This document shows positions 1 through 9,657 of a stretch of DNA of 64,000 nucleotides, piece by piece. The stretch spans positions 503,086 to 567,085 of the forward strand of contig OY970169.1 of assembly GCA_963706585.1 (NCBI GenBank), written 5' to 3'. The first letter of the stretch is position 1, and each line of letters opens with the position of its first letter. A model generated the notes under the pieces. That model saw only the letters and a program-made list of their open reading frames with translations, was not told the DNA's origin and searched no databases. The stretch is from an uncultured bacterium (GTDB lineage Bacteria; Babelota; Babeliae; Babelales; Babelaceae). A program made the translations under genes and the position numbers.

Positions 1-1233
1 CAAGGCACTAGTTCATTAACGGGCGCTAAGAATGCCGTTCTTGTAATCATGGCATCATTATTATTAACTTCAGGAAAATCGAAGCTTTTTAACGTCCCCT
101 ATTCTGATGATGTTTTGCAAATGATTTTGCTTTTGTCGGGATTAGGAGCTCATGTTCATTTTGATCAAGCTCAAAATACTTTAGAAATCGATACATCAAA
201 GGTTAATAGTCATGAAGTAAATACTGAAATAATGAAAAAAATGCGAGCCTCAATACTTGCTCTCGGCCCTTTATTAGCTCGTTTTGGTTATGCAACGTTA
301 GCCCTGCCTGGTGGCTGCGTCATAGGCTCCAGGCCTATCGACTTACATTTACGATCGTTTGAAAAAATGGGCATTACGTTTCAAGCAAATGGGCAGTTTT
401 TACAAGCTACAGCAAAAAGCTTACAACCAGCCACTTGCATATTGGAATACCCAAGTGTGGGTGCGACAGAAAATATCTTAATGGCAGCAACGCTTACCAA
501 GGGCACAACTCGCATCATTAACGCTGCTCTAGAACCAGAAGTATTCGATTTGATTGCCGTTCTTGCTAAAATGGGTGCTCGCATTGGTATTCAACCACCG
601 GCCACGATAGAAATTCATGGGGTAGATCATTTGCAACCTATAGAACATGCCATTATTTTTGATCGCTTAGAGGCCGGTTCCTTGTTGATAGCGGCGGCAA
701 TTACCCAAGGTGAGATTGCTTTGCCGCAGGCACCTGCGCATTCTTTGCAGCTAGTACTACATAAGCTTGAAGAAATGGGTCACTCTATTAAAGTAGGTGA
801 TAACGGTGTTGGCGTATGGTTTAAAGCAACTTTATACCCAAGAGCAGTATCATTTAAAACGATGCCGTATCCAGGCTTTCCTACCGATTTACAGGCTCCG
901 ATGATGGCGGCTTTGTGCTTAGCTTCAGGAACTAGTGTTATCCATGAAACAGTATTTGAAAACCGTTTGTTGCATGTACGAGAATTACAAAAAATGGGAG
1001 CTCAAATTTCAATTGAGGGCTCGACTGCTACCATTAAAGGCGTTGACCAACTGTATGGGGCTCAAGTAATAGCTACTGATATTCGCGCTGCATGCGCGTT
1101 AGTTGTTGCAGGGCTTGCTGCGCAAGGGCAAACACTTATGACTGGTGCTCATCACCTCAAGAGAGGTTATCAGGGCATCGTTGATAAGCTCGCAAGCTTA
1201 GGGGGATCCGTAGCCATCAAGAGCAATGGTTAA
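1..1233 (+). CDS. murA: UDP-N-acetylglucosamine 1-carboxyvinyltransferase (MurA); 5' end outside window
   Basis: Frame 1 is open from base 1. The translation matches MurA along its whole length (GAKNA...LPGGC...RPID...FPTD...ENRF-like motifs) and ends at 1233. Confidence 0.9.
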   Translation, partial: QGTSSLTGAKNAVLVIMASLLLTSGKSKLFNVPYSDDVLQMILLLSGLGAHVHFDQAQNTLEIDTSKVNSHEVNTEIMKKMRASILALGPLLARFGYATLALPGGCVIGSRPIDLHLRSFEKMGITFQANGQFLQATAKSLQPATCILEYPSVGATENILMAATLTKGTTRIINAALEPEVFDLIAVLAKMGARIGIQPPATIEIHGVDHLQPIEHAIIFDRLEAGSLLIAAAITQGEIALPQAPAHSLQLVLHKLEEMGHSIKVGDNGVGVWFKATLYPRAVSFKTMPYPGFPTDLQAPMMAALCLASGTSVIHETVFENRLLHVRELQKMGAQISIEGSTATIKGVDQLYGAQVIATDIRAACALVVAGLAAQGQTLMTGAHHLKRGYQGIVDKLASLGGSVAIKSNG

Positions 1234-1271
1234 CGACCTAAATAACGCCTTGCTGTTGTCATCCCCGCGCA

Positions 1272-2024
1272 TTAAACATTACGATGCTCGTATAAGCATC
1301 TTTGTAGGACATTTCCCATTTCACTTGAGTCAAACAGGTTTAATCTTTTTGCCAAATTAGCAGCAGTTTCTCCTTCATTATTGGGAATTTGCCACGATAA
1401 TAAAGGGTAATCACATAATGCTAATAGGCTTGGTATGATAGAAGATGAATCAATGCCCAAGGCCCTGCATCTGCTGATTGAGAGAATCGCATCATGCAAT
1501 GCCGTAAGACCGTCTTTACTTTTTGCATTAGGATCTATACCCAGTTTATTAAAAAGTTCCACCATTTTGGTTTCATAATAAAGAACGGCAAGTGCTAAAG
1601 GTAAGCAATCATTGGCAATTCCGTGAATGTTTAAACTGGGTTTGTTAGGGTTTACTCCACCTTTTACTAAGAATTCAATTAATTTTAGGTTACTTTTTTT
1701 AATAGCATTCCAAAATTCTTGATAGGCTTTATCTTCATGTTGTTTTACATATTCTTTAGCAATACTGGTAATAAATCTTTGGTCTTGTGCAATAGCATGA
1801 AATTCTCTATTAACTAGAGATAAGCGAGCAAGTTCTTTTAATACTGAAGCAAAGCTATCAGCAGTGGCAACATAAGAAAAAAGATGCACCTTAAGCTCGG
1901 GTGGTAACGATTGAAAAATATCTTGTTCACTTTCAGGTTGAGTTACTTTTTCTTGCTGCATAGCCGAGATTGAACTTGCAAGAAGTAGCAGTGATAAAAT
2001 CTGAATTTTCATAGTAGTCTCCAT
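1272..2024 (-). CDS. Secreted F-box-like / ankyrin-like protein, tandem paralog 1 (likely start at MKIQIL, 2012)
   Basis: N-terminal signal peptide MKIQILSLLLLASSISA. LPPELKVHLFSYV...LSLVNREF resembles an F-box (LPxEIL..IFSYL). The conserved C-terminus is CLYEHRNV. About 80-90% nucleotide identity to the neighbouring copies. Confidence 0.8.
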   Translation of the reverse strand: METTMKIQILSLLLLASSISAMQQEKVTQPESEQDIFQSLPPELKVHLFSYVATADSFASVLKELARLSLVNREFHAIAQDQRFITSIAKEYVKQHEDKAYQEFWNAIKKSNLKLIEFLVKGGVNPNKPSLNIHGIANDCLPLALAVLYYETKMVELFNKLGIDPNAKSKDGLTALHDAILSISRCRALGIDSSSIIPSLLALCDYPLLSWQIPNNEGETAANLAKRLNLFDSSEMGNVLQRCLYEHRNV

Positions 2025-2072
2025 TTATTATGTTTTAACTTTTTCTATTTAAGTGCTTATATGACTACATTG

Positions 2073-2813
2073 TTAAACTTTACGATGCTCGTATAGGCAC
2101 TTTTGTAAAATTTTTCCTATTTTGCTTGAATCAAAAAAGTTAAAGCTTTTTGCCAAATCAGCAGCAGTTTTACCCGTTTTGTTGGGAATTTGCCACGATA
2201 ATGAAGGATAATCACATAATGCTAATAGGCTTGGTGTGACTCTATCATCAAAGCCAAAGGCCCCAAACGTGCGGATATAGATAAGCACATTATGCAATAC
2301 GGTATTGCCATCTTTATCTTTTGCATTGGGATTGGCACCTAATTTATTAAAAAGTTTTACTATTTTGGGCTTAGTGCCGATAACGGCAACTGATAAAGGT
2401 AAAGCACCATCAGCAAATTCGTCTATGTGTAAACTGAGTTTATTGGGGTTTACTCCACCTTTTACTAAGAGTTCAATTAATTTTTCGTTGCCTTTTTTAA
2501 CAGAGGTCCAAAATTCCTGATAAGCTTTGTTTTCATTATGTTTTACATATTCTTTAGCAATACTGATATTAAATCTTTGGTCTTGTGCAATAGCACGAAA
2601 TTCTTTATTAACAAGGGATAAACGAGCAAATTCTTTTAAAATTGAAGCAAGGCTATCAGCAGTTGCAACATAAGAAAAAAGGTGCACCTTAAGCTCAGGT
2701 GGTAATGATTGAAAAATATCGTGTTCACTTTCTTGCTGAATTACTTTTTCTTCAGGTTCCATAGCCAAAATTGAACTTGCAAGAAGTAGCAGGGATAAAA
2801 TTTGAATTTTCAT
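2073..2813 (-). CDS. Secreted F-box-like / ankyrin-like protein, tandem paralog 2
   Basis: Same architecture and near-identical N- and C-termini as 1272-2024. Same 3' flank (ttacgatgctcgtata...). Confidence 0.8.
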   Translation of the reverse strand: MKIQILSLLLLASSILAMEPEEKVIQQESEHDIFQSLPPELKVHLFSYVATADSLASILKEFARLSLVNKEFRAIAQDQRFNISIAKEYVKHNENKAYQEFWTSVKKGNEKLIELLVKGGVNPNKLSLHIDEFADGALPLSVAVIGTKPKIVKLFNKLGANPNAKDKDGNTVLHNVLIYIRTFGAFGFDDRVTPSLLALCDYPSLSWQIPNKTGKTAADLAKSFNFFDSSKIGKILQKCLYEHRKV

Positions 2814-2893
2814 AGCAGTCTCCAGTTTTTTATTTTTCTATAAATACTTGTGTAATTTATTAATGTAAGCAATGCAAGGGCTGCAACGTATTG

Positions 2894-3628
2894 TTAAACC
2901 TTACGATGCTCGTACAGGCACTTTTGTAAGATTTTTCCTATTTTGCTTGAATCAAAAAGGTTAAAGCTTTTTGCCAAATCAGCAGCAGTTTTACCCGTTT
3001 TGTTGGGAATTTGCCACAATAATGAAGGGTAATCACATAATGCTAATAGGCTTGGCGCTAGATGTGATAGACTATCTCCGGTTCTTCCACCAGTGTTTCG
3101 GATATAAATAAGCACATTATGCAATACGGTATTGCCAGCTTTATCTTTTGCATTGGGATTAGCGCCTAATTTATTAAAAAGTTTTACTATTTCAGTTGCC
3201 CCTCGACTAGTGGCTTTTGCTAAAGGCAATATTCCTGGTTCTCCAAACCTACGCTTATTAGGATCAATCCCGCTATTAACTAAGAGTTCAATTAATTTTA
3301 GGTTACCTTTGTGAATTGCATTCCAAAATTCCTGATAAGCTTTGTCTTCATGATATTTTACATATTCTTTAGCAATGCTGGTAATAAATCTTGGATCTTG
3401 AGCAATGGCATGAAAGTCTTTATTAACTAAAGATAAGTGAGCAAGTTCTTTTAATACTGAACCCAAGCTATTAGCAGTTGCAACATAAGAAAAAAGATGC
3501 ACCTTAAGCTCAGGTGGTAACGATTGAAAAATATCTTGTTCACTTTCAGCCTGAGTTACTTTTTCTTCAGGTTCCATAGCCAAGATTGAACTTGCAAGAA
3601 GTATCAGTGATAAAATCTGAATTTTCAT
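2894..3628 (-). CDS. Secreted F-box-like / ankyrin-like protein, tandem paralog 3
   Basis: Paralog of 2073-2813 with a signal peptide, the LPPELKVHLFSYV motif and the CLYEHRKV terminus. Confidence 0.8.
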   Translation of the reverse strand: MKIQILSLILLASSILAMEPEEKVTQAESEQDIFQSLPPELKVHLFSYVATANSLGSVLKELAHLSLVNKDFHAIAQDPRFITSIAKEYVKYHEDKAYQEFWNAIHKGNLKLIELLVNSGIDPNKRRFGEPGILPLAKATSRGATEIVKLFNKLGANPNAKDKAGNTVLHNVLIYIRNTGGRTGDSLSHLAPSLLALCDYPSLLWQIPNKTGKTAADLAKSFNLFDSSKIGKILQKCLYEHRKV

Positions 3629-3687
3629 AGTAGTTCTCCATTTTAATTTATTATATTTCTACTTTGTCTATCTAAGTGCTTATATAA

Positions 3688-4488
3688 TTATATTAAAACA
3701 TTACGATGCTCGTATAAGCACTTTTGTAGGACATTTCCAATTTCGCTTGAGTCAAATAGGTTTAATCTTTTTGCCAAATCAGCAGCAGTTTCTCCTTGGT
3801 TATTGGGAATTTGCCATGATAATGAAGGGTTATCACATAATGCTAAAATGCTTGGTATTTGTTTAGATAAGTCAGAGTTATGAATTTGTTTAATGAAGAA
3901 GGCATAGTTAAGCACAGAATGTAACCCAGTAGAACCAGTTTTATCTGTTGCATTAGGATTTGTGCCTAATTTATTAAACAGTTTTACTATTTCAGTTTTG
4001 CGACCATTCACTGCAAATGCTAGAGGCAAAGTGCCCGCGGATACGACGGTAATAGAACTACTGCTAGGTTTATCAGGATCAACTCCCCCATTGACTAAGA
4101 GTTCAATTAATTTTAGGTTACCTTTTTTTAAAGCGTTCCAAAATTCTTGATATGCTCTATCTTCATGATGTTTTACATATTCTTTAGCAATACTGGCAAT
4201 AAATCTTGGATCTTGAGCAATAGCATGAAAGTCTCTATTAACTAGAGATAAGTGAGCAAGTTCTTTTAATACTGAAGCCAAGCTATCAGAAGTTGCAGCA
4301 TAAGAAAAAAGATGCACCTTAAGCTCAGGTGGTAACGATTGAAAGATATCCTGTTCACTTTCAGGCTGGGTTACTTTTTCTTCAGGCTCCATAGCAAGCA
4401 TTGAGCTTGCAAGAAGTAGTAGTGATAAAATCTTACTTTCCATTGAATTCTCCTTAAAATTTATTATTTTTAAAAACATGTACAACAT
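3688..4488 (-). CDS. Secreted F-box-like / ankyrin-like protein, tandem paralog 4 (probable start at MESKIL, about 4443)
   Basis: Paralog with the conserved signal peptide, F-box-like motif and CLYEHRNV terminus. The ORF-track start is probably an over-extension. Confidence 0.75.
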   Translation of the reverse strand: MLYMFLKIINFKENSMESKILSLLLLASSMLAMEPEEKVTQPESEQDIFQSLPPELKVHLFSYAATSDSLASVLKELAHLSLVNRDFHAIAQDPRFIASIAKEYVKHHEDRAYQEFWNALKKGNLKLIELLVNGGVDPDKPSSSSITVVSAGTLPLAFAVNGRKTEIVKLFNKLGTNPNATDKTGSTGLHSVLNYAFFIKQIHNSDLSKQIPSILALCDNPSLSWQIPNNQGETAADLAKRLNLFDSSEIGNVLQKCLYEHRNVLI

Positions 4489-4514
4489 TGCTATCTGGCA
4501 ATTTTATCGGTTGC

Positions 4515-5282
4515 CTAATTATTACGATGCGCGTTTAGACATGCTTGAAGAATTTCGCCAACATCTTGTACGTGAAAAAGATTATTAGCCGTTGCAAATT
4601 TTTCAGCAGTGATACCTTGGTTATTATGAATTTTCCATGATAATCTTGGACTAGAACAAAGCTCCAACAAATTTGCTTTCATATGGGGTAGAACTATGCT
4701 CCAAGTTGTATGAATAGTTTTGATAAACTCAAGTATCTGATGTAATGCGGTGTTACCCTGAGCATCCTGGGCATTAGGATCTACTACAGTAAGCAATAAC
4801 CGCACAACTTCTGCATTCTCTTGTTCTTTAGTGGTATGAGTACCTTGGGTGATGGCAAACGCTAAAGGTAAGCTTCGCTTGAAGAGTTGAGGATCAGAAC
4901 TTGGTTTGTTAGGGTTAACGCCACCCTTTAACAAGAATTCGATTAACTTTACATTGTCTTTTTTAAGAGCATCCCAAAATTCTTGATAAGCATGTTGCTC
5001 ATGATTTCTTACATACTCTGTTGCAATGCGTTTGATAAATTGTGGATCTTGCATAATACTGTGAAATTCACGATTTACCAAAGACAAACGAGCAAGCTCC
5101 TTAAGCAATGGCCCAACGCTGTCTGCCGTTGCCGCAAAGGAAAGAATATGGCTTGTGACTTCGGTTGGTAAGGATTGCCAACTTGATTGGTTGTCTGGTT
5201 GGGATTCTACAGATTTTTTCTCTTCCATGGCTACAAGTACTGAGCTAGCGAGCAAAAGTAATGACAAAATCTTAATCTTCAT
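4515..5282 (-). CDS. Secreted F-box-like / ankyrin-like protein, tandem paralog 5 (divergent)
   Basis: Signal peptide MKIKILSLLLLASSVLVA, LPTEVTSHILSFAATADS...LSLVNREF, then an AYQEFW block as in the other copies. Confidence 0.75.
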   Translation of the reverse strand: MKIKILSLLLLASSVLVAMEEKKSVESQPDNQSSWQSLPTEVTSHILSFAATADSVGPLLKELARLSLVNREFHSIMQDPQFIKRIATEYVRNHEQHAYQEFWDALKKDNVKLIEFLLKGGVNPNKPSSDPQLFKRSLPLAFAITQGTHTTKEQENAEVVRLLLTVVDPNAQDAQGNTALHQILEFIKTIHTTWSIVLPHMKANLLELCSSPRLSWKIHNNQGITAEKFATANNLFHVQDVGEILQACLNAHRNN

Positions 5283-5306
5283 TGTTATTCTCCTTTAAAT
5301 AGTTAT

Positions 5307-6074
5307 TTAGTTGGCTTGTGCTACTTTGCATGTAGTTAAAATTTGATCGATATCAACATTTTCAAAAAGATCGCTGTTCATGGCTAGTTGTAGAGCAGTT
5401 TGACCAGCATTATTATAAATTTTCCAAGACAGGGTTGGCTCCTGGCATAGTTCCTGTAAAATGGCAATAACTTTATTAAGGGGCCTCTCTTTTAGATTAT
5501 ACAATAGGGCATGTAGTGCTGTATTGCCATAAGCACCTTTTGCATTAACGTCAGCCTTGTATTGTAATAAGAGCTTTACTATTGCTGGACTTCCATAGGC
5601 TGCGGCTAATGCAAGAGGTAATGTGCCAGCATTAAGGCCCGGCCCTTTTTGACCCTTAATATTCATATTGGGATCAATGCCGCCTTTTAATAGAGCTTCG
5701 AGCACTTTAAGCTTAGCTGCTTCTTTAAGCCCTGGATCTAGCAGAATATGCCAGAATTCTTGATAGGCTGCTTCTTTATGATTGTTAACATAGTTTTTGG
5801 TTAATGTATCAAGCAACCCTGGTCGGTTAGCAAGAGCATAAAACTGACTGTTTATCGCTGATACTTGAGCAAGTCGTTTAAGCATTTCAAGCATGCTGGG
5901 GGCCGGGATCACATAAGAAATGATATGATCTTTCAATTCGGGTGGCAAATCTTGTAGAAAACTTTCTGCAGCGACTTCGAGTTCAGGGCTCTTGGGGGTT
6001 TCCGGTTTTTGGGGTTGCATGCCAAACAAGCATCCAGAAATAGCAAAGGGAAATAAAATTCTAATTAGCATCAT
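5307..6074 (-). CDS. Secreted F-box-like / ankyrin-repeat protein, tandem paralog 6 (most divergent)
   Basis: Signal peptide, LPPELKDHIISYV...AYQEFW, and ANK-like repeats (GNTALHALL, LLQYKADVNAKG). Confidence 0.7.
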   Translation of the reverse strand: MMLIRILFPFAISGCLFGMQPQKPETPKSPELEVAAESFLQDLPPELKDHIISYVIPAPSMLEMLKRLAQVSAINSQFYALANRPGLLDTLTKNYVNNHKEAAYQEFWHILLDPGLKEAAKLKVLEALLKGGIDPNMNIKGQKGPGLNAGTLPLALAAAYGSPAIVKLLLQYKADVNAKGAYGNTALHALLYNLKERPLNKVIAILQELCQEPTLSWKIYNNAGQTALQLAMNSDLFENVDIDQILTTCKVAQAN

Positions 6075-6151
6075 TTTTTTTCCTTATTTAATTATTTTAC
6101 CTATTATAATTAATTATAGAAAAAATTCATGAGTAAAGTCAAAACTTTTGT

Positions 6152-6994
6152 TTAGAGACTGCTTGCTAATTCAGTAAGCTCCCGAGTAATAGCAGCTTGC
6201 CTGAGCTTATTATATTCAAGCTTCATCTCATTTAATAGATTTTCAGCATTACGGGTAGCTGAATCCATGGATAAAAACCGTGCTGCTTGTTCGGCAAGAA
6301 GCGATTCAAACAATAAGCTTTGCATGGTAACTGCTATGGTAAGTTGTTGAATCATATGATGAAGAGATTCTGGTGAATCTTCAAATAGATATTCGGTTTG
6401 AACAGAAGGAGCATTATCGGGTGTCCGTGCATATTCAGGGGTTGGTACGATTTGAGTTGCCTGAGGTTTTTGTATAAAAAAGGTTCTAGGATGATTGCTA
6501 TAGATAATCACTTCTTTGAATCGCTGGTTATGGCCGAGAATGTATTGCGTGATATCTTGAGCAATGGTAACAAAATTTAATGAGCTAAACGTATTATACT
6601 GCTTTATCGGTTTTATCTTTATTGAACGCGCGTAATCGGTGGCATGCTTACCAATAGTGATCAGAGAAAATTGAGCTGCTCCATGTGCTCTTTGCTCTTC
6701 AAAAAATTTAAAGAGACGTATGTTAAAAGCTCCTGTAAGCCCTTTTTGTGAGCCTACTAGAATAAGCAATTGATCATTACCCCGCTCAACGGAATCAGCT
6801 GATAATGATGCTTGCACATTATGAGTAATAATGATGCTCAATCGATTGAATGCCTGTTTATAGGTTTCAAGCTCTTCTTTCTTTTGCCGTAAATGTGAAT
6901 GAGTCGACATTGAGATCAATCGCATGGCATTAGTAATTTTTCTAATGGTTTCGATTGCTCTAATACGCTGGCGCATGGAGCTCAACTGTGCCAT
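6152..6994 (-). CDS. atpG: F0F1 ATP synthase gamma subunit, solitary
   Basis: The 280-aa translation matches F1-gamma end to end (MAQLSSMRQRIRAIETIRKITNAM...ITRELTELASSL). No atpA or atpD is adjacent. Confidence 0.8.
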   Translation of the reverse strand: MAQLSSMRQRIRAIETIRKITNAMRLISMSTHSHLRQKKEELETYKQAFNRLSIIITHNVQASLSADSVERGNDQLLILVGSQKGLTGAFNIRLFKFFEEQRAHGAAQFSLITIGKHATDYARSIKIKPIKQYNTFSSLNFVTIAQDITQYILGHNQRFKEVIIYSNHPRTFFIQKPQATQIVPTPEYARTPDNAPSVQTEYLFEDSPESLHHMIQQLTIAVTMQSLLFESLLAEQAARFLSMDSATRNAENLLNEMKLEYNKLRQAAITRELTELASSL

Positions 6995-7060
6995 TTATAC
7001 AAACCCTTAAAGTAGTAGTATGCTTTATGATAATAGTACGATATAGATTCTACTTCTAAT

Positions 7061-7750
7061 TTGTGGCTACCGCAACAGACGAATAGTTTGAGTTGCTTTT
7101 TTGGTATTAAATGCAAATGGGGGCTATTGCCAGTGATACTTATTTTGGATGCTTATAACATTTTAAAACAGATAGCAAAAGCAACTACCATAAACGAGCA
7201 AGAGCGCCGAGCTTTTATTACCTTTATGGCTGATTATGCCGCTTTACGATCACATTCGGTTATACTAGTTTTTGATGATGGCCCATACGAGCGGCCAACA
7301 ACAGTCCAAAAAGGTCAACTGAGTATTGTGTATTCTGGTAGGCATGACAGCGCCGATGATGTTATTAAGAAATATGTGCAAGAAATACCCGTAGGCCAAA
7401 AAGCGAATGTGCTTATTGTCTCATCTGATAGAGGGTTGTACTCTTTTGCCTCTCGTCAGGGTATCTACTCCATAGGATCGGTTGAATTTTATAGACTGGT
7501 AGCCGAACGACTTGCAAAAAAGGCATCGCCTCTAGTAAAATCACATGAGCAAGCTAGAAAATTGCATAAGCTCGAAAGCAATCCTGAGCTTGATTTGCTT
7601 ATGCAAGAAGCCTCAAAGGCTATTATTGATAAAGATTTACTTGTTCGACAGAAAAGTGCTCAAAAAAATACTAATGTGCCTTCATTATCGAAGGGCGAGC
7701 GATTGGCCAGATCCGAAAAAAAGATGCTAAAAATTCTTAAAAAATTATAA
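7061..7750 (+). CDS. YacP-like NYN-domain protein (putative RNase)
   Basis: ILDAYNIL...VFDDG...IVSSD pattern is typical of the YacP/NYN family. The true start may lie downstream of the ORF-track start. Confidence 0.45.
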   Translation: MWLPQQTNSLSCFFGIKCKWGLLPVILILDAYNILKQIAKATTINEQERRAFITFMADYAALRSHSVILVFDDGPYERPTTVQKGQLSIVYSGRHDSADDVIKKYVQEIPVGQKANVLIVSSDRGLYSFASRQGIYSIGSVEFYRLVAERLAKKASPLVKSHEQARKLHKLESNPELDLLMQEASKAIIDKDLLVRQKSAQKNTNVPSLSKGERLARSEKKMLKILKKL

Positions 7751-7764
7751 CGATAGTATGTGCC

Positions 7765-8214
7765 ATGCTGATACAAAACACTATGCTTTATTCGCTTGAT
7801 GAACTTGATAAGCCAGTAAACCTACTGTATGAGCTGTTGCCCAGGTGTGCTATTTTTACCTTTGAGGGCACTCTTGGGGCTGGCAAGACAACTCTCGTTC
7901 AAAATCTTTTGCATCGGTGTGGCATCCAGGGGGTAATAATAAGCCCAACATTTACCTATCTAGCTTCGTATAGTAATAGTGCAGGAGAAACTTTTTACCA
8001 TTTTGATTTGTATCGCTTAAAAACTTTAAATGATTTTCTGCAAGCAGGTTTTGATGAGCTACTCTATCAGCCACAAAGTTGGGTCTTTATCGAATGGCCT
8101 GAAATAGTTTTGCCGATTATTACTAACAAAGCCTGTTACATTCAGCTTAATTATGATGAGGACCTTGGCAAACGCAGGATGAATTATGAGCTATCTCCTG
8201 ATTTGATCAAGTAA
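7765..8214 (+). CDS. tsaE: tRNA threonylcarbamoyladenosine biosynthesis protein TsaE
   Basis: Walker A GTLGAGKTTLVQ and a YHFDLYRL motif, 149 aa. Confidence 0.75.
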   Translation: MLIQNTMLYSLDELDKPVNLLYELLPRCAIFTFEGTLGAGKTTLVQNLLHRCGIQGVIISPTFTYLASYSNSAGETFYHFDLYRLKTLNDFLQAGFDELLYQPQSWVFIEWPEIVLPIITNKACYIQLNYDEDLGKRRMNYELSPDLIK

Positions 8215-8326
8215 TATTTCGAAGATTTTTACATTAACTCTTGCATTTTATAGTATTTATTTGCTACTTTTATAAAATAAGGTAATTAATAATTATAAAT
8301 ACACTATTTAAATAAAGGAGATTGCT

Positions 8327-8623
8327 ATGCAAAGAAATGAGAAAGAAATAGCAAAAGAAACACCTGAAGTAAAAACCTATAAAACCTATAAAGAATCAAA
8401 GCCTGGCTATGCTGCGCATGAAGCTAAAGATATGATATCTCAATTGCTTATGTGGGCTGTGCCACTTGTTCTAGTGGGCCTGCTTGGTTATTATTTATAC
8501 CAAGCGTATTATAGTGCTCCTGCAGTAACTCATCATGCAGTTGAGACCGTTAAAACGGTTGCTGAACCGGTGAAAGCCGCAGCTGAAACCATGGCAACAC
8601 CTGCCAAAGAGGCTGTTGCGTAA
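8327..8623 (+). CDS. Small membrane protein, hypothetical
   Basis: One predicted TM segment (LLMWAVPLVLVGLLGYYLY) and a good RBS (aaaggag) upstream. Confidence 0.5.
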   Translation: MQRNEKEIAKETPEVKTYKTYKESKPGYAAHEAKDMISQLLMWAVPLVLVGLLGYYLYQAYYSAPAVTHHAVETVKTVAEPVKAAAETMATPAKEAVA

Positions 8624-8709
8624 GCATTCTATAATAATTAAGCTAAATACATACGGTGTTCTATAAGCGAGCCTTACTAGAACACCTTTTTTAATCGAAA
8701 GGAATCATT

Positions 8710-9009
8710 ATGTTTAAAAAATTGTTAGTACTTATAGTAATAGCATCTTCAATAGGAATTACGAGCTTCAGTAATGCGATGCAATCACCTGATAAAGCGA
8801 AGCTTGATGCTGATAAAGCTGCGAGAAAAGCCGAAAAAGCAGCCGGTAAAGCAAGGAAAGCGGAAGCAAAGGCTCGCAAGTACGAAAGTAAAGAAAAATG
8901 GCTTGAAGAAAAAACAAGATGGGCTGAAGAAAAGCGCCGTCTAGAACTTGAAAAAGCTCGAAGAGAAGAAGGAAAGAGAAGATACGCGGAAGCTAAAAAG
9001 CAGGGGTAA
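8710..9009 (+). CDS. Secreted Lys/Ala/Glu-rich low-complexity protein
   Basis: Signal peptide MFKKLLVLIVIASSIGITSFSNA followed by a KAxKA / EEKRR-rich charged sequence. Confidence 0.5.
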   Translation: MFKKLLVLIVIASSIGITSFSNAMQSPDKAKLDADKAARKAEKAAGKARKAEAKARKYESKEKWLEEKTRWAEEKRRLELEKARREEGKRRYAEAKKQG

Positions 9010-9128
9010 TTCTTCGAATCGAGCCCAATAACACCAAGGCAATACCTTTGTAATTTGCAAAACTTTTTTAAGCACGATATACTTAAAGTTCAGGTAATTG
9101 ATCAAGAGGATTGATTACCTGAACTTTT

Positions 9129-9214
9129 GGCGAGATTCCCGAGCGGCCAAAGGGGACGGACTGTAAATCCGTTGGCAATAGCCTTCGTAGGTTCGAATCC
9201 TACTCTCGCCACCA
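9129..9214 (+). tRNA. tRNA-Tyr (GTA)
   Basis: 86-nt cloverleaf with a 7-bp acceptor stem ggcgaga/tctcgcc, anticodon loop cuGUAaa, a long variable arm and a CCA end. Confidence 0.85.
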
Positions 9215-9271
9215 GAGCTTTGCTCATGAGGAGCTAAATAGGCTCAGTTATGAGTTAAATAGAAATTTTAC

Positions 9272-9347
9272 GCGGGAATAGCTCAATTGGTAGAGCGGCA
9301 GCCTTCCAAGCTGTAGGTTGCGGGTTCGAGTCCCGTTTCCCGCTCCA
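9272..9347 (+). tRNA. tRNA-Gly (TCC)
   Basis: 76-nt cloverleaf with acceptor stem gcgggaa/ttcccgc, anticodon TCC and a CCA end. Confidence 0.85.
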
Positions 9348-9363
9348 GAAATGTAAGAAGCAT

Positions 9364-9439
9364 GCTGGCGTAGCTCAGTTGGTAGAGCAACTGATTTGTA
9401 ATCAGTAGGTCGCTGGTTCAAGTCCAGTCGCCAGCTCCA
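9364..9439 (+). tRNA. tRNA-Thr (TGT)
   Basis: 76-nt cloverleaf with anticodon loop tTGTAa and a CCA end. Confidence 0.85.
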
Positions 9440-9542
9440 CTATAAAAATGAGTAAATAGGCATCTAATACAAAGTGAGCTTGTCTTTTGCTTATTTTTCA
9501 TTTATACTAATAAGTCGTATAAGGTTAATTATAGGCGTGTTT

Positions 9543-9618
9543 GCCCACGTAGCTCAGTTGGTAGAGCACTTCCTTGGTAAGGGAGAGGTCACCGGTTCAA
9601 ATCCGGTTGTGGGCTCCA
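9543..9618 (+). tRNA. tRNA-Thr (GGT)
   Basis: 76 nt, anticodon stem-loop ccttGGTaagg as in thrV-type tRNAs, and a CCA end. Confidence 0.85.
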
Positions 9619-9657
9619 GTAATCTATCAGGATTATATTTAAAGATAGGTTATGATT

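Noticed and set aside
2305-5171. Small plus-strand ORFs (2305-2520, 3132-3314, 3962-4150, 4983-5171) inside the F-box paralogs
   Set aside because: They recur at the same relative position in each paralog only because the paralogs are near-identical. They are antisense artefacts of the duplicated sequence with no independent signals.
9440-9545. Expected tuf gene between the tRNA-Thr genes and tRNA-Trp/secE
   Set aside because: The interval is only about 100 bp and has no ORF with EF-Tu motifs, so tuf is genuinely absent here.
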